Source: an uncultured Aminicenantes bacterium (GTDB lineage Bacteria; Acidobacteriota; Aminicenantia; UBA2199). From it: a stretch of 64,000 nt of DNA. Below, piece after piece: positions 59,948 to 64,000 of this stretch. Position 1 is the first letter of the stretch, and the number at the start of each line of letters is the position of its first letter. The stretch spans positions 1-64,000 of the forward strand of contig CBDAFS010000009.1 of NCBI GenBank assembly GCA_965195285.1. The letters run 5' to 3'. Below the pieces are notes generated by a model, which did no database searches, was not told the DNA's origin, and saw only the letters and a list, made by a program, of their open reading frames with translations. The translations under genes were made by a program, and so were the position numbers.

Positions 59948-61096
59948 TTACAGCTTCATTGAACCGAGTATTTCCAGTGAAATGACATGCCTCTGTATTT
60001 CGTTGGTTCCCTCATATATTTGCAGGAGTTTGGCATCGCGCATCATTTTTTCAACCGGATATTCCTTCATATATCCATATCCTCCGAAAATCTGAACGGC
60101 ATCGATCGAGACCTTCATGGCTACATCGGTGGCCACAATTTTGGCCATAGCCGATTCTTTGGAAGCCTTAAGATTGTTGTCCAGCATCCAGGCCGAGCGA
60201 TAGACCAGCAACCGGGCCGCATCGATATCGGTTGCCATATCAGCAAGTTTGAAAGCATTGTGCTGAAAATGGGCAATGGGCTTGCCGAATTGTACCCGTT
60301 CCTGGGAATATTTTAAGGCTTCTTCATAGGCAGCCCGGGCCACACCCACTCCGCCGGCTCCGACCGCAGGCCTGGCATAATCAAGTGTTTTCAGGGCAAT
60401 GATAAAGCCGAAACCTTCCCTCCGGAGCAGATTTTTAACCGGTACTTTTACTTCATCAAGATAAATTTCAGCCGTGTTGGAAGCGCGATGGCCCATTTTA
60501 TTTTCATGTTTTCCAACCGAAACTCCGGGAAGATCCATGGGAATGATAAAGGCAGAAAGCCCCCGGGCTCCCCGGGTCTTGTCGGTACTGGCAAAAACAA
60601 CCCCCAGATTGGCCACTCCGGCATTGGTAATGAAGGTTTTAGAACCATTTAAAATATAAAAATTACCGTCTTTTACCGCTGTAGTCTTCATGGCAGCGTT
60701 ATCCGAGCCTGCTTCCCGTTCGGTCAATCCGAAACAAGCAAATTTCATTTCCGTGGTTAGTGGAGTCAGAAATTCCTTTTTTTGCTCATCGGTTCCGAAT
60801 AAAACAATCGGAGTGGTGGCCAGGGTGTTGGCCATGATTGAGGTATACATTCCGGCGCATCCCCAGGCCAGTTCTTCACATACGATCGCATTATCCATAT
60901 TGGAAAAGCCTGCCCCTCCATACTCCAGGGGAATTCCTGATTTCAGGAATCCGATTCCTGCCGCTTTTTTCATCACTTCAACCGGAAATTCGTTTTTCTC
61001 ATCATATTCTGCAGCCACCGGCCTGATTTCGTTGGCTGCGAACTGATGGGTCAGTTCTTTTAGCTCCAACTGATCTTCACTTAGTTTAAAATCCAT
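59948..61096 (-). CDS. acyl-CoA dehydrogenase
   Basis: LTEREAGSD, GSKTFITN, QIFGGYGY, IYEGTNEIQ. Confidence 0.95.
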   Translation of the reverse strand: MDFKLSEDQLELKELTHQFAANEIRPVAAEYDEKNEFPVEVMKKAAGIGFLKSGIPLEYGGAGFSNMDNAIVCEELAWGCAGMYTSIMANTLATTPIVLFGTDEQKKEFLTPLTTEMKFACFGLTEREAGSDNAAMKTTAVKDGNFYILNGSKTFITNAGVANLGVVFASTDKTRGARGLSAFIIPMDLPGVSVGKHENKMGHRASNTAEIYLDEVKVPVKNLLRREGFGFIIALKTLDYARPAVGAGGVGVARAAYEEALKYSQERVQFGKPIAHFQHNAFKLADMATDIDAARLLVYRSAWMLDNNLKASKESAMAKIVATDVAMKVSIDAVQIFGGYGYMKEYPVEKMMRDAKLLQIYEGTNEIQRHVISLEILGSMKL

Positions 61097-61108
61097 TTCC
61101 TACTTCTC

Positions 61109-63466
61109 CTAGAGTTTAATTTGTTTTATTTGATTTAATATTTCTTGAGCACTTTGATAACGGTCTTCACGCTTCTTTTCCATGCATTTTTCTATAATTT
61201 CAATCAGTTTTTCGGGAACGTCATTCCGGATCTCTTTCAGGGAGGGAATCGGATCAAATAAATGCTGATAAAAAATATTTTCACCCTTAAAGGGAACCTT
61301 ACCGGTGATGAGATGGAATAGGGTAGCTCCGGTTGAGTAGATATCGGTCCGGTGGTCAATTTTTATTCCCTGAATCTGTTCTGGAGACATGTAGTAGGGG
61401 GTTCCGGTTATGATACCGGTTTCACCTTTTTTATAATCCCCCCGGATGACAGCCAATCCGAAATCCATGATTTTAATTTCCTTCTGACGGGTAATCATAA
61501 TATTATGGGGTTTGATATCCCGGTGGGTGATGCCTTTGCGATGGGAGTAATCGAGTGCTTTCAATATTTTAATGGCAATAAATAGGATCTGGGGGATGGA
61601 GAACTCTTTTTTTCTTCTGATCAGGGCCATGAAATTTTCACCCTCGATGAATTCCATGGAAATAAAATGATCTCCGTTTACCTGGCCGACATCATAAACG
61701 GTAACAATATTGGTGTGGGACAAAGAGGCTGTAGATCGGGCCTCGGTGTAGAATCGCTCCAAGCTGACCTTATCCTTGATGAGACTGGAGTTCAGAATTT
61801 TTAAGGCTACAATCCTCTGTAAAACCGTGTCTTCGGCTTTAAAAACCACTCCCATCCCGCCTTCGCCAACCTTTTTCAGCATTTTGTATCGTTGACCTGA
61901 ATTTTCAGAAACCATTTCCATCTCTTTGTATTTCTTCATCAATTTTTCCACTTCCTGCAGTTTCTGATGAATGTCTTTGAATGAATAGTCTTCGGTCAAG
62001 ATGCCCTGAAAAATTTCAAACGCCTTCTTGAAATTGCCGACATTTTCATAGGCCTGTCCCAGGGCATAGTACCATTCCAGATTTGACTTGTTTATGGGTT
62101 GATTCTGAAGGAGATTGCCGATTTTTTCAATAACCAGCTGGGGTTTTCTGTTTTTTAGAAAAAGCGAGGCCATCTGGGTAACTGCGGTTTCATAATCGGA
62201 AGAATTGCTTTTTACTTTTTGAAAATTGGCCAAAGCCCTTCGGTCATCATCCACTTTCAGGAATGAGATACCGGCATTGTAAAAGTCATCTGCCTTTTCA
62301 AATAGTTCGCCGGCTTTCTGGTATTTCTTATATTTCAATGAAATTTCCGCAGCATTCTTCCATTCCCTTCCCAGTTCGAACATTTTGGCTGCTTCCTCTT
62401 CATTGCTGGCTTTCAGGTAATTATCAGCGGCAGACAGATAATTCTGGTTCATAAAGTAACAGTAAGCTGCCTTTTCAAAATTAGTGTCCCACTCAAATAA
62501 TTCTGCAGCCCGGGTGTAATCCTGACCCTTGAGATACCATTCCGCGGCTTGAAGGGTGTCCCCTCTGGCAAAGGCATCCTCACCTCTCAATTGATATGCG
62601 ATTTTTGATTGGTCGATTTTTTCATAAATCTCAGCGGCCTTGATGGGAAGCTGGGCTTTTTCAAAAAACTGGGCAGCCTCCTCAAGTTTTCCGATTTTCA
62701 ATGCCAGTTCTGCCGCTTTTTCGAATTTATTGTGCTTTTTTAACAGGGTATAAGCATGTTCGTTTTCATTGATCTTGATATAAAGTTCAACGGCTTTGAA
62801 GAGATCTTCTTCAAGTTGACTGGTATTCTGGTATCCTACTGCGGTATCGGCATTGGTTAAAAACCATTTTTCAAAATTTTGGGCGGCTTTTTTTAAGTTA
62901 CCGGATTTTTCATAGACATATGCGGCTTTTTTATAAAACCCCTTTTTCTCATATATCTGGGCGGCTCTTTCGTAACGTTCATAGTTGTAATACAGTTCCG
63001 CTGCTTCCTGAAAACGGTTGTTGTTTTCCAGAAGATTTCCGGCGGCTTCTATATTTTTTCTTCTTATATATAATTTAATAATTCCGTCAATATTGCCGCT
63101 ATTCTTGAAGACTTCAATGGCCTGGGTTTCTTTCTTGAGCTTCAGATACAGGTCGCCCATCAGGTTGAATTCCTGGCCAGCCTCATAGGTTTTCAAGGCC
63201 CTTTTATAATCTCCGATTTCTTCGAATATTTTTCCGGCTCTGGCAAACATACCCCGTTTTAGGGCCTTTTTGGCCTGTTTGATCAGGTAAGATTTCTTGA
63301 ACAGTATTGAATAAACGGTATCCACAAAAGATTTGTCCTGGATATTCAATACCTTGGAGACCTTTAAAATCTCATAAACAATTTTCAATACGATGACGAT
63401 GATTAGGGAAATGGCGAATAATTTGATAGTGGGATTATCGTTCAGAAAATCGATAATTATATCCAT
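61109..63466 (-). CDS. Ser/Thr protein kinase with N-terminal TM and long helical (TPR-like) repeats
   Basis: GEGGMG, VALK, HRDIKPHN, DFGLA, GTPYYMSPE; many AA..YEK.G repeats. Confidence 0.9.
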   Translation of the reverse strand: MDIIIDFLNDNPTIKLFAISLIIVIVLKIVYEILKVSKVLNIQDKSFVDTVYSILFKKSYLIKQAKKALKRGMFARAGKIFEEIGDYKRALKTYEAGQEFNLMGDLYLKLKKETQAIEVFKNSGNIDGIIKLYIRRKNIEAAGNLLENNNRFQEAAELYYNYERYERAAQIYEKKGFYKKAAYVYEKSGNLKKAAQNFEKWFLTNADTAVGYQNTSQLEEDLFKAVELYIKINENEHAYTLLKKHNKFEKAAELALKIGKLEEAAQFFEKAQLPIKAAEIYEKIDQSKIAYQLRGEDAFARGDTLQAAEWYLKGQDYTRAAELFEWDTNFEKAAYCYFMNQNYLSAADNYLKASNEEEAAKMFELGREWKNAAEISLKYKKYQKAGELFEKADDFYNAGISFLKVDDDRRALANFQKVKSNSSDYETAVTQMASLFLKNRKPQLVIEKIGNLLQNQPINKSNLEWYYALGQAYENVGNFKKAFEIFQGILTEDYSFKDIHQKLQEVEKLMKKYKEMEMVSENSGQRYKMLKKVGEGGMGVVFKAEDTVLQRIVALKILNSSLIKDKVSLERFYTEARSTASLSHTNIVTVYDVGQVNGDHFISMEFIEGENFMALIRRKKEFSIPQILFIAIKILKALDYSHRKGITHRDIKPHNIMITRQKEIKIMDFGLAVIRGDYKKGETGIITGTPYYMSPEQIQGIKIDHRTDIYSTGATLFHLITGKVPFKGENIFYQHLFDPIPSLKEIRNDVPEKLIEIIEKCMEKKREDRYQSAQEILNQIKQIKL

Positions 63467-63684
63467 TGAAGTTCTTTGGAAAGTATATCAAATATAAGGG
63501 AAAAAATCAATTTTACATTTTTTCGTTTGATTGACAATAATTGGTTTAGTCTATATAATGTCTCCAGTCAGTATGGCATAAATGAAATTTAAATAATCTG
63601 ATAATTTTACTGAAATGTTTGCTACTGTTGATGAAATGATATCGAACATTTTTTATTAAGATCGAATTTCCTGAACTGGTAGAA

Positions 63685-64000
63685 ATGAATATACAATTTG
63701 AGAGTTTGACCAAAATCAAATCCATCCTGAATCTGGTATTTCCCAAATCGGATTTCAATAAATTCAACCTGAACAAGTCCAATTCCCAAGACCTGGTTTC
63801 CTACCTGATCTTTTTGACCGATGCCCTGCTTAAATCGGAAAATTTATATCACAAGAGAAATCTCATGCAGGTGAATGGGGATTCCATTATTCAGCAGAGC
63901 TTGATACCGGTCATGAATCATATCGGTATCCATTTGAATCAATTCAATACCCGGATATTTGACTTTTCCAAAACAGAACGTCAGACCTTTATCTTTATCA
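63685..64000 (+). CDS. hypothetical protein, 5' part, runs off the window
   Basis: Open frame from 63640 to the end; first ATG at 63685 (MNIQFESLTK...). Confidence 0.4.
   Translation, partial: MNIQFESLTKIKSILNLVFPKSDFNKFNLNKSNSQDLVSYLIFLTDALLKSENLYHKRNLMQVNGDSIIQQSLIPVMNHIGIHLNQFNTRIFDFSKTERQTFIFI

Noticed and set aside
1-64000. CRISPR arrays, tRNA/rRNA, prophage
   Set aside because: No regularly spaced repeats, cloverleafs or phage genes seen; intergenic gaps are short

Overview
A gene-dense, AT-rich bacterial chromosomal window. The gene content suggests an anaerobe, and the rplM-rpsI-rpsB-tsf-pyrH-frr order, short EF-Ts and DUF507 pair fit Acidobacteriota/Aminicenantes (inference only). 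In order it contains: three paralogous Zn-ribbon (YdjG-like) genes; clpS-clpA-aat; a sigma54-driven operon with a REC-2xAsnC protein, a NuoE/NuoF/large GltD-Fdh-like (Stn/Bfu-type) oxidoreductase and its own two-component system; a three-gene radical SAM/SPASM cassette with no visible precursor peptide; thi4 with a NUDIX-ThiE fusion; a Y1 (RAYT-like) transposase bounded by 31-bp inverted repeats; nikR; a PflX-like radical SAM protein with a twin-arginine motif; the ribosomal/translation cluster; complete nqrABCDEF-apbE; two MIO ammonia-lyases (one with an Ala-Cys-Gly motif); and a helical-repeat Ser/Thr kinase. I saw no rRNA, tRNA or CRISPR array. All calls come from reading motifs by eye; no database searches were run. 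Start coordinates were adjusted from the ORF track where an RBS supported a later start.
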